Assembly: GCF_004010195.1 (NCBI RefSeq)
Contig: NC_057749.1
Span: 14,601,429 to 14,665,428, forward strand
DNA: 64,000 nt
DNA from: Chiloscyllium plagiosum
Lineage: Eukaryota
Direction of reading: 5' to 3'
Shown here: one piece after another, positions 37,741 to 50,200 of the stretch
Position numbering within the stretch: position 1 is the stretch's first letter
How the letters are laid out: every line of letters starts with the position of its first letter
Notes under the pieces: model-generated
Seen by the model: only the letters and a program-made list of their open reading frames with translations
Told to the model about the DNA's origin: nothing
The model's database searches: none
Made by a program: the position numbers and the translations under genes

Positions 37741-38789
37741 CATGGGATCTTACATGAGGAACCTTTATGAGGAACTTTACATGTATATGAAGGAGAAAGG
37801 AACAGAAAGAAATGCTGATAATGTGTTCTAAATAGGATGGGAGAAGGTCCAGGTTAAACACCAGCATTGACCAGTTGGGCTGAATGGCCTGTTTTAGCAA
37901 TGTAGAGCTGACAGGAACAGAAATTGCACGTAAAATGAATACAATATTTCCTGAAAAGGTTTAAGACCAATATTGAAGTTGAATGATCTTTTTTGCCTTC
38001 AGTTTTTTTTAAAGAATAGCTTCCCACCTCATTAAAATGTCAAATTTAGAGTGGACATTTTCAGAGATTAATAAAGATTGGATGCATTACTGTGAGGCAT
38101 GCATTTACTTGAAAAGATCTGTCAAGGGCAATGCTTCTATCAATTTAATGGAATTGGAAGAGGTAGATACTTTCACATAGAGTACTCGGAAGAGTTAAAC
38201 CTTATGTATCAGCTCCAGTGATCCAAGGGAAACTAACATGCAATCAGAGTGGACCAGTCACTCACTGGATCTCAAAACGGTTTATTTGTTGTTAAATTTA
38301 AAATGGAACATGATTTATTTTGCAGTGATGGTGGCAGACTCAGAATAGCTTTAAAAGGACAAATGGACAAATGTTAGTTTCAATAAGAAGGTAAGTAAAA
38401 AATTGTGGGGAGGCCATTGTGACAAATTTTGATAGCGCCAACAAAGAGATTAGTAAATGGAATGAATGGCGTTCCTCTGTTGTAAAGGTTTGTGGGCATC
38501 TGCAGTCATTGTTTTTACCTCGATGTGCTACACCTGTCATCTAGTTTTGCTGTTCTCTAAGTCAATTATGTAACTGATGTGCCTTGAGTGAAACTAGAAA
38601 ACATTTCTTTTTATCTTATAAATGACCCCATTGCCCTCCTGTACTCATAAGAGCTTGGGCATCTTGGGAGGCCTCCAAAAGAGCTAATATGTCTGCCTAC
38701 ATTACTAAATGTCCGTTTTTTCCAGAAAGTTTATTCATCCCACTGCATGTACAGTAGTGTGCCCACCGTCCAGTCTGTGGCAAAGCTGT

Positions 38790-39375
38790 CACTTTCAGAG
38801 ATTATTTTGTCCCTTTTTTTAAAGAGATATTGTAAGGCAGAGGTGTGGAACTGGCTACTGAAGGTGGAGGCCTTGGGGCTTTTTTACAGCCTAAATGGAA
38901 TGGCCAGTTCTTACAGACCAGGCTTTCTAGTTCCTTTTTAGATTCAGCAATCAGAAGTTGTTTGGGATCACAGAAGAGTCGGAAACTTCAGTGAATGATT
39001 TCTAGCTGCTACTTTCCTTGAAATCTCTCTTGATGTTGTTTCCTTCTGGATTGGAGAATTGCTTTAAGAATCTGTGTCTGAATTTGCCTTTTTGCCAAAG
39101 GGTGTGTTTGTGAGATGTTACTGTACTGGAATAGTTCATTGCTAAAAGTATTGTATCTATTATTTGGTTAGGTTTTCCAATAGTTAAGTTATTCTAAATT
39201 CTTCTTTCCTTTGTATTTTAGCTAGAGCATTTAAATGAATTGTGTTTTGCTTAATGTCGAGTAGTTTGACCAGTCACATCACATCTGGAACACTCATCTA
39301 TCTTTAAAATAAGAAGAAAATGGGATCTGAGCAATCCTCTTAACACATTTTGAGGGGGTCTGGTCTGATCAATGT
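38790..39375. mobile_element. Probable LTR related to 20941-21568 (opposite orientation)
   Basis: Reverse complement begins ...CAGACCAGACCCCCTCAAAA..., similar to the start of 20941. Confidence 0.45.
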
Positions 39376-39454
39376 TTTCCTACAATATGCTCAGTCTCAT
39401 TGTGCTGCTTCAGAATTTTTAGGATCTTCTGAAATCGGGATTATATTAACTTTA

Positions 39455-40522
39455 CATGGATTTAGTAAAGGGAGGTCATGCCTGACAAACCTGTTGGAAT
39501 TTTTTGAAGAGGTAACAAGTAGGTTAGACCAGGGAAACCCAGTGGATGTGGTCTATCTAGACTTNNNNNNNNNNNNNNNNNNNNNNNNNNNNNNNNNNNN
39601 NNNNNNNNNNNNNNNNNNNNNNNNNNNNNNNNNNNNNNNNNNNNNNNNNNNNNNNNNNNNNNNNNNNNNNNNNNNNNNNNNNNNNNNNNNNNNNNNNNNN
39701 NNNNNNNNNNNNNNNNNNNNNNNNNNNNNNNNNNNNNNNNNNNNNNNNNNNNNNNNNNNNNNNNNNNNNNNNNNNNNNNNNNNNNNNNNNNNNNNNNNNN
39801 NNNNNNNNNNNNNNNNNNNNNNNNNNNNNNNNNNNNNNNNNNNNNNNNNNNNNNNNNNNNNNNNNNNNNNNNNNNNNNNNNNNNNNNNNNNNNNNNNNNN
39901 NNNNNNNNNNNNNNNNNNNNNNNNNNNNNNNNNNNNNNNNNNNNNNNNNNNNNNNNNNNNNNNNNNNNNNNNNNNNNNNNNNNNNNNNNNNNNNNNNNNN
40001 NNNNNNNNNNNNNNNNNNNNNNNNNNNNNNNNNNNNNNNNNNNNNNNNNNNNNNNNNNNNNNNNNNNNNNNNNNNNNNNNNNNNNNNNNNNNNNNNNNNN
40101 NNNNNNNNNNNNNNNNNNNNNNNNNNNNNNNNNNNNNNNNNNNNNNNNNNNNNNNNNNNNNNNNNNNNNNNNNNNNNNNNNNNNNNNNNNNNNNNNNNNN
40201 NNNNNNNNNNNNNNNNNNNNNNNNNNNNNNNNNNNNNNNNNNNNNNNNNNNNNNNNNNNNNNNNNNNNNNNNNNNNNNNNNNNNNNNNNNNNNNNNNNNN
40301 NNNNNNNNNNNNNNNNNNNNNNNNNNNNNNNNNNNNNNNNNNNNNNNNNNNNNNNNNNNNNNNNNNNNNNNNNNNNNNNNNNNNNNNNNNNNNNNNNNNN
40401 NNNNNNNCGAGGAATTAAGGGCTATGGGGAGAATGCTGGTAAGTGGAGCTGAAATGCGCATCAGCCATGATTGAATGGCGGAGTGGACTCGATGGGCCGA
40501 ATGGCCTTACTTCCACTCCTAT
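39455..40522 (+). mobile_element. Young CR1 LINE spanning an assembly gap
   Basis: HGFSKGRSCLTNLLEFFEEVT...VDVVYLD before the gap; intact tail with TCTTATGG repeats after it. Confidence 0.85.
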
Positions 40523-42159
40523 GTCTTATGGTCTTATGGTCTTTATTTCAGAAACATCTCACTGTAGCTTAATCTTGCCACAAGGCTGCAAGACAGAGTA
40601 AGATTATGTGACATTGCATGACCGTCTGGGATGAGGTATACTGTGTGTCAATAAAATGTCACAATTAAGCATAATCTCTTCTACCACACATTCAAAGCTC
40701 GCAGACATCAGATTTCCTCAGTCTAAGTGCTCCTAATGCTTTGGTATTTGACGTCTGGGTTTGGGGAGCGGGTTTTGGGGGCATCCTGTCTCACAGAAAA
40801 GACACACACAGTTAGATCTCCCTGGCAGATGTGGGGGTCTGAAACCCCATGCTCCCTAATACTCCCCCACTTACCCCTACCTCCATCGCCTGGTACTCAA
40901 AGCTGGGGCACCACATCAATCTATTTTTGTCCTTTTTCAGTCACCCTCTCAGCCTTCTTTTTTCAGGAAAATACACCCACAGCCTATTCAGTCTTTTCTA
41001 GAATCTTCGACATTTACAGCAAGAAATAAGGCCATTCAAACTCCCCCCCCCCCACCCCGCCCCATGTCTGTATTGCTGACAAAAAGCCAACAAGCCTAAT
41101 CTCACTTCCTGTCTTATCTGTACCCCTATAGGTTGGAGTACTTTGTGCTGATATGCAGATGCATTTTAAATGCTTTGAACATGCTCTGACATGCCACCAT
41201 TTCAGACAGTACCAGAAATCTCTCAGTGCCATCAGTATAACGTCCGATCACTGCACCCGTCACTTAATGTTAAAACACAAAGGCTTTCCTGATAGCTGTA
41301 ACCTCAAAACAGCCTGAAAAATTATCTTCAGTTTTCACAGAAACCTCCAAAATGCACAAAGTTCCAACACCTTGGGTCTGGTCCAGTGCAAGAAATGTAG
41401 GATCTCTCGAAGGGATCAGCAAAATGTCGAAGGGAGGAGCTCAATATTTTAGTGTTGAAAAGAAAGATTTGTTCATACTATCAGTTGGACTAGTTTGCGA
41501 GGCTGACTTTCCCTCTTGACTGTACATTATTAATTTTGTTCCTATAACCTGGACCGCTCCTCTTGGACGTGCCTCTCCCCTTCTTACAAATAACACCTTG
41601 TAGTAATACGTGTTACAATTTTCAATGCTGCTTCAGGCTTTGATGGGCTTAACTGATTAATAGAAGTGCAGCGGGGCAGAGAATCATTCAGCCCTGTTGG
41701 CAGTCTATTCCTCTTGTAGTTTCTCCAATCAATGTTGTTAATTAAACCTTAACAGGACCATTTGTTACGGTGTGTAGATTTGCATACTTATCTGCTGGGA
41801 TATTGGATTGAGAATGAGATTTCTAATGAATCATGAAAGATTTCTATTACTCTGCGGTTTCTTTTAACCAGCTTGATTACCACTTTAACAGTCCATATTT
41901 ATCTTACTGAACACTAACTTTCTGAATAGTGTTGTGTTATCCCCCCCCCCGTACACGGGGAAATTTTATCTTCAAGGGGGGTTGCTGCTTATTAAAGCCA
42001 AGACAACTCTTTTCGGGATGAGCTTTGTCCTAGTCAGGGTGAAGGCTGATATTCCTGAAGAATGATCCAGAAAGACACCTAATTAGAGCAAGAAGCATTC
42101 TCATATGTCAAGTTACTTACAGAATCAATGGGAAGGGTCTTGTAGAGCAGTGGTGAATA

Positions 42160-42905
42160 GAACATAGAATGGTACAAGCCCTTCGGCCCATCATGTCTGT
42201 GCTGATCATGATGCCATTCTAAATAAAGCCAATCTGCCTGCACATGGTCCATATCCCTCTATTCTCTGCTTGCTCATGTGTCTGTCTAAAAGTCTCTTAA
42301 ACATTGCTATTGTATCTGCTTCTACCACCTTCCCTGGCAGCACATTCCATGCAGCTATCACCCCTCGCACATCTCCCTTAAACTTGCCCTTTCATCTTAA
42401 ATCTATGCATGCTCTTATTCAACATTATCATCCTGGGAAAAGCAATCTGACTCTCCAGACTAGTGCTGCAAAAGCATAGCAGGTCAGGCAGTATCCGAGG
42501 AGCAGGAAAATCGACATTTCAGGCAAAAGGCCTTCATCAGGAAGGTATTCATTCCTGATTAAGGGCTTTCGCCTGAAACATCGATTTTCCTGCTCCTCGG
42601 ATGTTGCCTGACCTGCTGTGCTTTTCCAGCACCACTCTCATCTTGACTCTAATCTCCAGTCTGCAGTACCCACTTTCGCCCAATCTGACTATCGACCCTA
42701 CTCATGAATTTTATCTACTTCTATCAGGTCACTCCCTCAGCCTCCGAAGCTCTAACCAAAACAATCCAAATTTATCCAATCTCCCCTTATAGCTAATACA
42801 CTCCAATCCAGGCAATATCCTGGTTAACCTCATTTTCACCCTCTCCATAGTTTCCACATCCTTCCCATTATGTGGAACCAGAATGCACACAATACTCCAA
42901 TTGTG
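42160..42905 (-). mobile_element. CR1 LINE 3' fragment hosting a PLE palindrome
   Basis: Similar to 36520-37070. Confidence 0.75.
42453..42680. mobile_element. Palindromic PLE-derived insertion
   Basis: Inverted arms with decayed hammerhead cores; 10-bp TSD CAATCTGACT (42443-42452 and 42681-42690). Confidence 0.8.
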
Positions 42906-43164
42906 ACCCCTGGACCAGAAGGTCTGGATTCAAGACCTAAACATGTGTCATCACATGTCAGAACAGATTGCTTCGAAATATCTACTTCTGGATTCACGGC
43001 CTGTCCACATGACTCAGGAGAACCACTGGAATAGAGTCATAGAGGGATTGGGTGGAAAGAAGTAATTAAGAGTGGGAGGATGTTAGTGAGAAGCGTACAA
43101 TTTGAGGTAGACCAGTTTGATCAAATGGTCTGTTTCTGTACTAGACATGCCATGTGATTCTATC

Positions 43165-43730
43165 TCATCAAACACTCCCAGGGCCGGTACATCTCTGATA
43201 CAGAGTAAAGCTCCCTTTGCTCTTTTAAACTGAAAAGAAAGCTCTCTCTACATGGTCTTCAGCAAACACTCCCAGGAGAGGTACAGCATGAGGTTAGATG
43301 CAGAGTGAAGCTTCTCTACTCTTTTAAAATGCAAGTAAAGATCTCTCTACACTGTCTTCATCAAAGACTCCCAGGACAGGTACTGTACAAGGTTAGATAT
43401 AGAGTAAAGCTCCCTCTCCACTGTCCCCATCAAACGCTCTCAGGACAGGGACAGTACGGGGTCAGATACAGAGTAAAGCTCCCTCTACACTGTCCCCATC
43501 AAACGCTCTCAGGACAGGTACAACACAGTGTTAGATAGAGTAAAGCCCCTTTCTACTCTTTTAAACTGAAAGTAAACCTCCCACTACACCGTCACCATCA
43601 AACACTCCACAGGGACAGCACGGGGTTAGATATGGAGTAAAGTTCCATCTATATTGTTTTCATCAAAGATTCCCAGGACAGAGACAACCAGGGGTTGGAT
43701 GCAGGGAATATCACCTTCCACACTGTTCCA
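43165..43730 (+). repeat. ~69-bp unit minisatellite
   Basis: Unit AGAGTAAAGCTCCCTCTACACTGTCCCCATCAAAC...GTTAGATAC (period 69 between 43401 and 43470), with interspersed short variants. Confidence 0.85.
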
Positions 43731-44354
43731 AAAGCATGACTGATGCACTAGAGTGGCCCTTACAGTACCACGTGATGGTCTTTCCTCTCCTTATTGACCA
43801 GATTTCTGAGTGCAATCGCAGTGTCTCCCTATTCGCCCTCTTGAAGCATGTTAAGCCCTTGTTGTCCTCTCTGAGGCTCAATAAACATCAGAGAACATCC
43901 ATCACCTGCCACTGGGCCAAGTCTTGCAGAATTCACTGACAACTTTGTTTAGCCTAACCGACTGCTTACAATAAAGCTCTGCTAAAGGTCAATAAATCCA
44001 GAGTGACAGCATTAAATTCCACTTCCTCCATCCATCTACGGAAAACCACATTTCCTGAGATTGAATTGTGTGGGATTAAGTAACAGTTTCCAAAATTGAA
44101 TTGTGCTTGGTGCACATTTCTAAACACATCGGTCTTTCCTGAGACAGCTCTTTAAGCTTTCTTGGCAGTTACGTTCTACGTTTCCTGAATCTCAAGGTTG
44201 CTGCAGTATTGTTATCTAACTCTCCAGTGAGCTATTCCATCCCATAATCTGGAGTTTATAATTATGTTAGATTATCGCATTGTGATATCGGTTGCACAGG
44301 GTGGATGTTGGGCAGTTTCCAGATAGATGGTTGAATAGTCTTGAACTAGGATTT

Positions 44355-44725
44355 GAGGCTGGGGCTATTTTCCCTGAAGTGTCAGGGGTGACTTGATAGA
44401 AATTTATAAAATCATGAGAGGCATGGATAGGGTGAATAGCCAAGGTCTTTCCCCAAGATAGGGGAGCCCAAAACTAGAAGGTTTTAAGGTAAGAGGGTAA
44501 AGATTTAAAAGGGATCTAAGGGGCAATTTTTTTACATGAGGGTGCTGTGTGTATGGAATGAGCTGCCAGAGGAAATGGTGGAGGTTGGTACAATTACAGC
44601 ACTTAAAAGGAAGGGTTTAAAGGGATTTGCTGGCAAATGGGTAGATTAATTTAGGATATCAAGTCGGCATGGACGAGTCAGACTTAAGAGTTTGTTTCCA
44701 TGCTATACATCTCTGTGACTCTATA
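44355..44725 (+). mobile_element. CR1 LINE 3' end
   Basis: Matches 33955-34315. Confidence 0.8.
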
Positions 44726-45227
44726 ATCGGATAGGACTGAGATAAGGAAAAATATCTTCATTCGGAAGCATGCAAATCTTTAGAATTCTTCGGTTGTGTG
44801 ACTGGATGCTCAGTCATCAAATCCTTTCAACATTGGGATCAATAGACTTTGAGTTCTGAGGGAATGGAGACAAAGTGGAGTTGTTATAAAGAGTGATCTT
44901 ATTAAATAATGGAGGAAACTTGAGGGACCAATCAGGCTTATTCCTCATGTTTCTGAAGCAGTCCTTTTTGTTCAATGGCCATCCTCAGATACATATGTTG
45001 TTCAGTTCACATTTCCAACAACACTCAAGAAGCTTGACATCATCCAGGACAAAGCAGCCTGCTTGATTGGCACCATATGCACAAGCACTCACTCACTCAA
45101 CTACCGACACTCAGTAGCAGCAGTGTGTACTATCTACAAGATGCACTTCAGAAATTCACCAAATATCCTTGGACAGCACCTTCCAATACCATGGGCACTT
45201 CCACCTAGAAAGACAAGGGCAGCAGAC

Positions 45228-47195
45228 AGAGTCCTACAGCATAGAGACAGGCCCTTTGGCCCAAACTGGTCCATGCTGACCAAAATGTCTATCCACACTA
45301 ACCCCATTTCCCCTCACTTGGCCCATATCTTTCTAATCCTTTCCTATCCATGTATTTATCCAAATGCCTTTTAAATATTGTTAATGTGCCCGCCTCAACC
45401 ACTTCCACTGGCAGCTTATTCCATATGTGTACCTCCCTCTGTATATAAAAGTTGCCTCTCAGGTTCCCTTTTATTCTTTCCCCTCTAACCTTAAACTGAT
45501 ACCCACTAGTCTTCAATTTCCCAACCTTGAGAAAAAGATTGAGTGTATTCATCCTATCCATGCCTCTCATGACCTTATACACCTTGAAAAGGTCTCCTCT
45601 CAGCCTCCTACGCTCTAAAGAAAACAGTCCTAGCTTGTCCAACCTCTCCCTATAACTCAGACCCTTGAGTCCTGGAACATCTTGTAACTTTCTTTTGCAC
45701 TCCTTCCAGTTTAGTAACATCCTTCCAGTAACAAGGTGACCAAAACTGAACACAATACTCCAAGTGCAGCCTCACAAACGACCTGTACAACTGCACCATA
45801 ACTTCCCAACTTCTATACTCAATGCCCTGACTAATGAAGGCCAGTGTGCCAAAAGCCTTCTTCACTGCCCTGTCTACCTGTGACTCCACTTTCAGAGAAC
45901 CGTGAACCTGAACTCCAAGGTCCCTCTGTTCCACTACATTCTTAAGGCCTTACTATGCAACATGAAACTCCTACCTTGATTTGACTTTCCAAAATGTATA
46001 ACCTCATACTTACTTATATTAAACTCCATTTGCCATTTCTGAGCCCAAATCCACAGCTGATCAAGATTCTGTTGTAATTTCTGATAACCTTCCTCACTGT
46101 CCGCGATACCGCCTATTTTAGTGTCAACAGCAAACTTACAAATTATGCCTTGTACATCCTCATCCAAATCATTGATAATCGATAACAAACAGGAATGGGC
46201 CCAGCACCGACCCCTGAGGCACTCCACTAGTCATGGGCCTCCAGTCCGACAAACATCCTTCTACTATTACCCTCCGCTTCTACCATCAAGTCAATTTTGC
46301 ATCCAATTTGCCAGCTTGCCCTGGATTCCATGTGATCTAACCTTCCAGAGCAGCCTAACATGTGGAACCTTATCAAAGGCCTTACTGAAATCCATATGGA
46401 CCACATCTACTGTCCTGCCCTCGTCAACCTTCCTGGTCACTTCATCAAATTTGTGAGGTATGATCTCCCACTCACAAAGCCATGCTGACTACTCCTAATC
46501 AAACATTGTCTTTCCAAATGCATGTATATCTTATCCCTCAGAATCTTCTCAAGTAACTTACTTCTCAAGATGTTAGTCTTATTGGTCTATAGTTCCCAGG
46601 CTTTTCTTTGCAGCCCTTCTTGAGTAAGGGCACAACATTCGCTACGCTCCAGTCTTCCGGGAACTCACCCATGGCTAACAATGATGCAAAAATATCAGCC
46701 AGGATCCCTGCAATTTCTTCTCTAGCCACTTGCACTGTTCTTGGATATATCTGGTCTAGGACCAGGAGATTGATCCACCTTCATACACTCTAATACATCC
46801 AATACCTCCTCTACTGTGATATGGACTGTCCTGAAGGTATCACCACTAACTTCCCCAAGTTCCCAGGTCTTCATGTCTTTCTCCATGATAAACACAGAGG
46901 AGAAATATCCATTGAGAATCTCGTCCATCTCTTGCGGTTCTACACATACATGTCTATTTTGGTCTTGAGGGGCCCTATTCTTTCTCTGGTTATTCCTTTT
47001 TCTTTACTATAATTAAAGTCCCTCTTTGAATTTCTCAGCCAAGGCTATCTTGCACCCCCTTTTCACCCTCTTGATTTCCTTCCTCAGTAAACTCCTGTAT
47101 TCCCTGTGTAGCTCTAGGGATTCCCTTGATCCCAGCTGCCTGTATCTGAGCCACTCCTCCTTTCTCTGGTCAAAGCCTCAATATCCCTTTGTCAT
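45228..47195 (-). mobile_element. CR1/HER1 LINE inserted in the 3' part of a tRNA-headed-family LINE
   Basis: RT peptides (KFAVDTKIGG, LEYCVQFWSP, RLRGDL); host halves at 45015-45227 and 47196-47440 join into a sequence matching 59640-60100. Confidence 0.9.
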
Positions 47196-48257
47196 CAGAT
47201 ACATTGGAAGTTCCCTTCCAAGCCACGCCCCATCCTGACTTGGAAATATATCGCCATTCCTTCACTGTCACTGGGTTAAAATCCTGGAATTCCTTCCCCA
47301 GTGACATTGCGGCTTATCCCACAGCAGGTGGACGGTAGCGGTTCAAGAAGGCAGCTCACCACCACCTTCTCAAGGGCAGCTAGGAACTGGCATTAAGTAC
47401 TGGCACAGCCAGCAATGCCCACATTCCACAAATGAATTTTTAAAACATTTATGGGAGATTGGCCAAATGAGACTAGATTTATTTAGGTTATCTGGTCGGC
47501 ATGGACAAGTAGGACCAAAGAGTCTGTTTCTGTGCTATATGACATCTCTAAGACTCTATGATTCCAAGTCAATACTCCCTATGCTCCAGTCCACTTTAAC
47601 ATTTGTGGATCCTTTAAAGAGTTTTACTACATTGAAAATTTATTGAGTCCTGAGGGTCTCTCTGTGTCTGACAGCAGATTTGCTGGTTAATGAGTTAGCT
47701 AATGTTATTGTTTCTAATATTAATTCATCATTTATTTCTTACTCAGCATCAAAGCAGCACAGATTCGGGCCTGTGGGGGATTTCAATTAAGCGTTAAAGA
47801 AACGACTTCAGTGGCCGATATGACTATATTTATGCATTTCATTGTTTCCTGTGAAAGTTTATAGAATGTGAAAGTAATATCACACAGAGCGAGGCCTTTT
47901 GACCCATCGAGTTCTGCTGTTTTTAACAAAGGACAATCCAGTTAACCCACACCCTGGCTCTTTTCCCAAAATCCACATTTCTTTCCCCTTGAAGTTTTGC
48001 ATCTTAATTGTGGCATGATACCCATTGCACACAGAAACATAAAAACAGAAGGAGGCCATTCAGCCCCATTCAGGCACGTTCCAATGAGGTCATGGCTAAT
48101 CTGCAGCCCATGGACCCATCTTCTTACCATTGAATTATTTCTCAATTTAGAAATTGTACATTTAGAGTATTGATTAAATAAATGCTCCTATTCAATAAGT
48201 TGTGTTTGGAGAGTGTAGCTTCAAAAGGTAAATTACAACTGGGTACAAAAGAAGCCC

Positions 48258-48395
48258 AGTTCTGAGGAAGGGTCCCTGGACCCGAAATATTAACTCTAAT
48301 TTCTCTCCACAGATGCTACCAGACCTGCTGACCTTTTCTAGCCATTACTGATTTTGTTTCTGATTTATAGCATCTGCAGCTCTTTCAGTTTTTAC
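48258..48395 (+). mobile_element. PLE tail with hammerhead-like motif
   Basis: AGTT-CTGAGGA-A-GGGTC/CCTG/GACCC-GAAA-TATT-AACT. Confidence 0.65.
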
Positions 48396-48464
48396 AAAAG
48401 ATGAAACACCTGCTATCCAGTTAAAATAGAAAACCTGAGGCATGCATACACTCACAGAATACTG

Positions 48465-48925
48465 CATGGGATTAGATACAGAATAAAGCTCCCTTGACAC
48501 TGTCCCCCATCAGACACTCCAGGACAGGGACAGAATGGCGTAAGATTCAGACTAAAGCTCCCTCAACACTGTCCCCTTCAAACACTCCCAGTTCAGGGAC
48601 AGAATAGTGTTACACACAGAGTAAAACTCCCTCAACACTGTCCCCATCAAACACTCCAGGGACAGGGACAGAATAATGTTAGATACAGAGTAAAGCTCCT
48701 TCAACACTGTCCCCATCACATACTCTAAGAACAAGAACAGCTTAGGGTTAGATATAAAATAAAGCTCCCTCTACTTTTTTAAACTGAAAATAAATCTCCC
48801 TCTTCACTATTCCCATCAAAACTCCCAGGACAGGGACAGAATGGTGTTAGATACAGAGTAAAACTCACTGTACTCTTTTAATCTGAAAGTAAAGCTCCTT
48901 CTCCACTGTCCACATACAGCATAGA
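48465..48925 (+). repeat. ~69-bp unit minisatellite (second array)
   Basis: Same unit as 43165-43730; a third short inverted array lies at ~27810-27950. Confidence 0.85.
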
Positions 48926-49824
48926 GTGAGACATAGAGTTAAATGGTCTGTGGCAAATTCAGTGAAATTACATTGTGTCACTAGTTTAGGTAAGCCTTAA
49001 AAAAAACACGAGAAACACATAAAACATCATTTGAACCATCCCCTAAAACAAAAGCAAACATTGCTGATGTTGGAGATCTGCAACAGAAACAGAAGGTGTT
49101 GGAGAAGCTCAGCAGGTTTGTTAGGATCTGTGAAGAGAGAAACCGAGATAGCGTTTTGTGTCACAAGTTACCCTTTTTTGGAACTGTCCTTCTTCAAACA
49201 ACGCAGCGGTCAACAATGTTTGCGGATGACATTGTACATGGTTGGCATGTTAAGAACATGTATCTGAAGAACTAAAGAAAATTCTGGAAGACATACTTCA
49301 GGATGACCCTGGGGGAAAAGAATTGAGTGAAGTTGAAGACTTGAACAGAAAGAATGGTTTCAAACAGCTGAGTTCAATGGTGAGGAACACTGGAAATATG
49401 GAAAGGGAAGCTTGTCAATGGATTAGCTCTGGTTGGACGATTTGGGAAAATTCTCATGAGTGTTGTGTGAGAGAAAAATATTTCTAAAAATGAAAGGAAC
49501 AAGTTAGAAGATTGATGTGACACAAGCTTTGTTATATCATAGACAGAAGTCACATGACACCAGGTTATTGTGCAACAATTTTATTTGAAATCACAAGTTT
49601 TCAGAGCACTGTTCCTTCATCAGGTGAAGTCAAGAAGAGGAAGGGGCGACTGGTAAGACGGGATGAAGAAGGGTGATTAACCAGCCCTGTGGTGACCCCA
49701 AGAAAATGAAAAGCTGAAAGAGGGGGTAAATATGTACCCCATGACTCAGATATGAATATAAGCTGAACATTTGTGTCATTGAATAGCACCCATTTTACCA
49801 AATGTAACTCACAGCTGATACACA

Positions 49825-50200
49825 TTTTTTAAATTTCAAAAATGCATTTTATTTGTAAAAAGAATCTTTGTATATATACCACAGTCACAAGTGCAGTTCA
49901 GTTCTGTATAGTAGCATATCAAGGAAACAAATAAGCATTGGAGTTTGATTCTATCCAAACAAACCAACAACATCTCTTACACGTACAAGATTATATTTAC
50001 ATGTATTTGAGGCACTAACTGAACAGACCCCCATTTAACTTTGGCAGAAAGACTCCAACAGTGGTCTTTTCCACTGTGCTTGGTGGCAGCTGCTCCAAGC
50101 TTTAGTGAGTCCCTTTATTTCAAACACATACTTTATTCATAAAAAAATCTTAGTATATATACATAGTCACAAAATGCATTCTTCTAGTTTTGTACATTCG
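49825..50200 (-). mobile_element. Tx1/L1-like LINE 3' end with a second tail copy
   Basis: Minus-strand RDSLKLGAAATK-like C-terminus, ATAAA signal and A-rich tail; 49825-49910 resembles 50115-50200. Confidence 0.5.

Noticed and set aside
39350..40474. Long ORFs across N runs (also 1090-1705 and 21720-22354)
   Set aside because: Artefacts of translating assembly gaps.
43165..43730. CRISPR-like array or repeat protein (YRVKLPLHCPHQTLSGQ)
   Set aside because: Units are tandem without unique spacers, the context is eukaryotic and there are no cas genes; the ORF arises only because 69 is divisible by 3.
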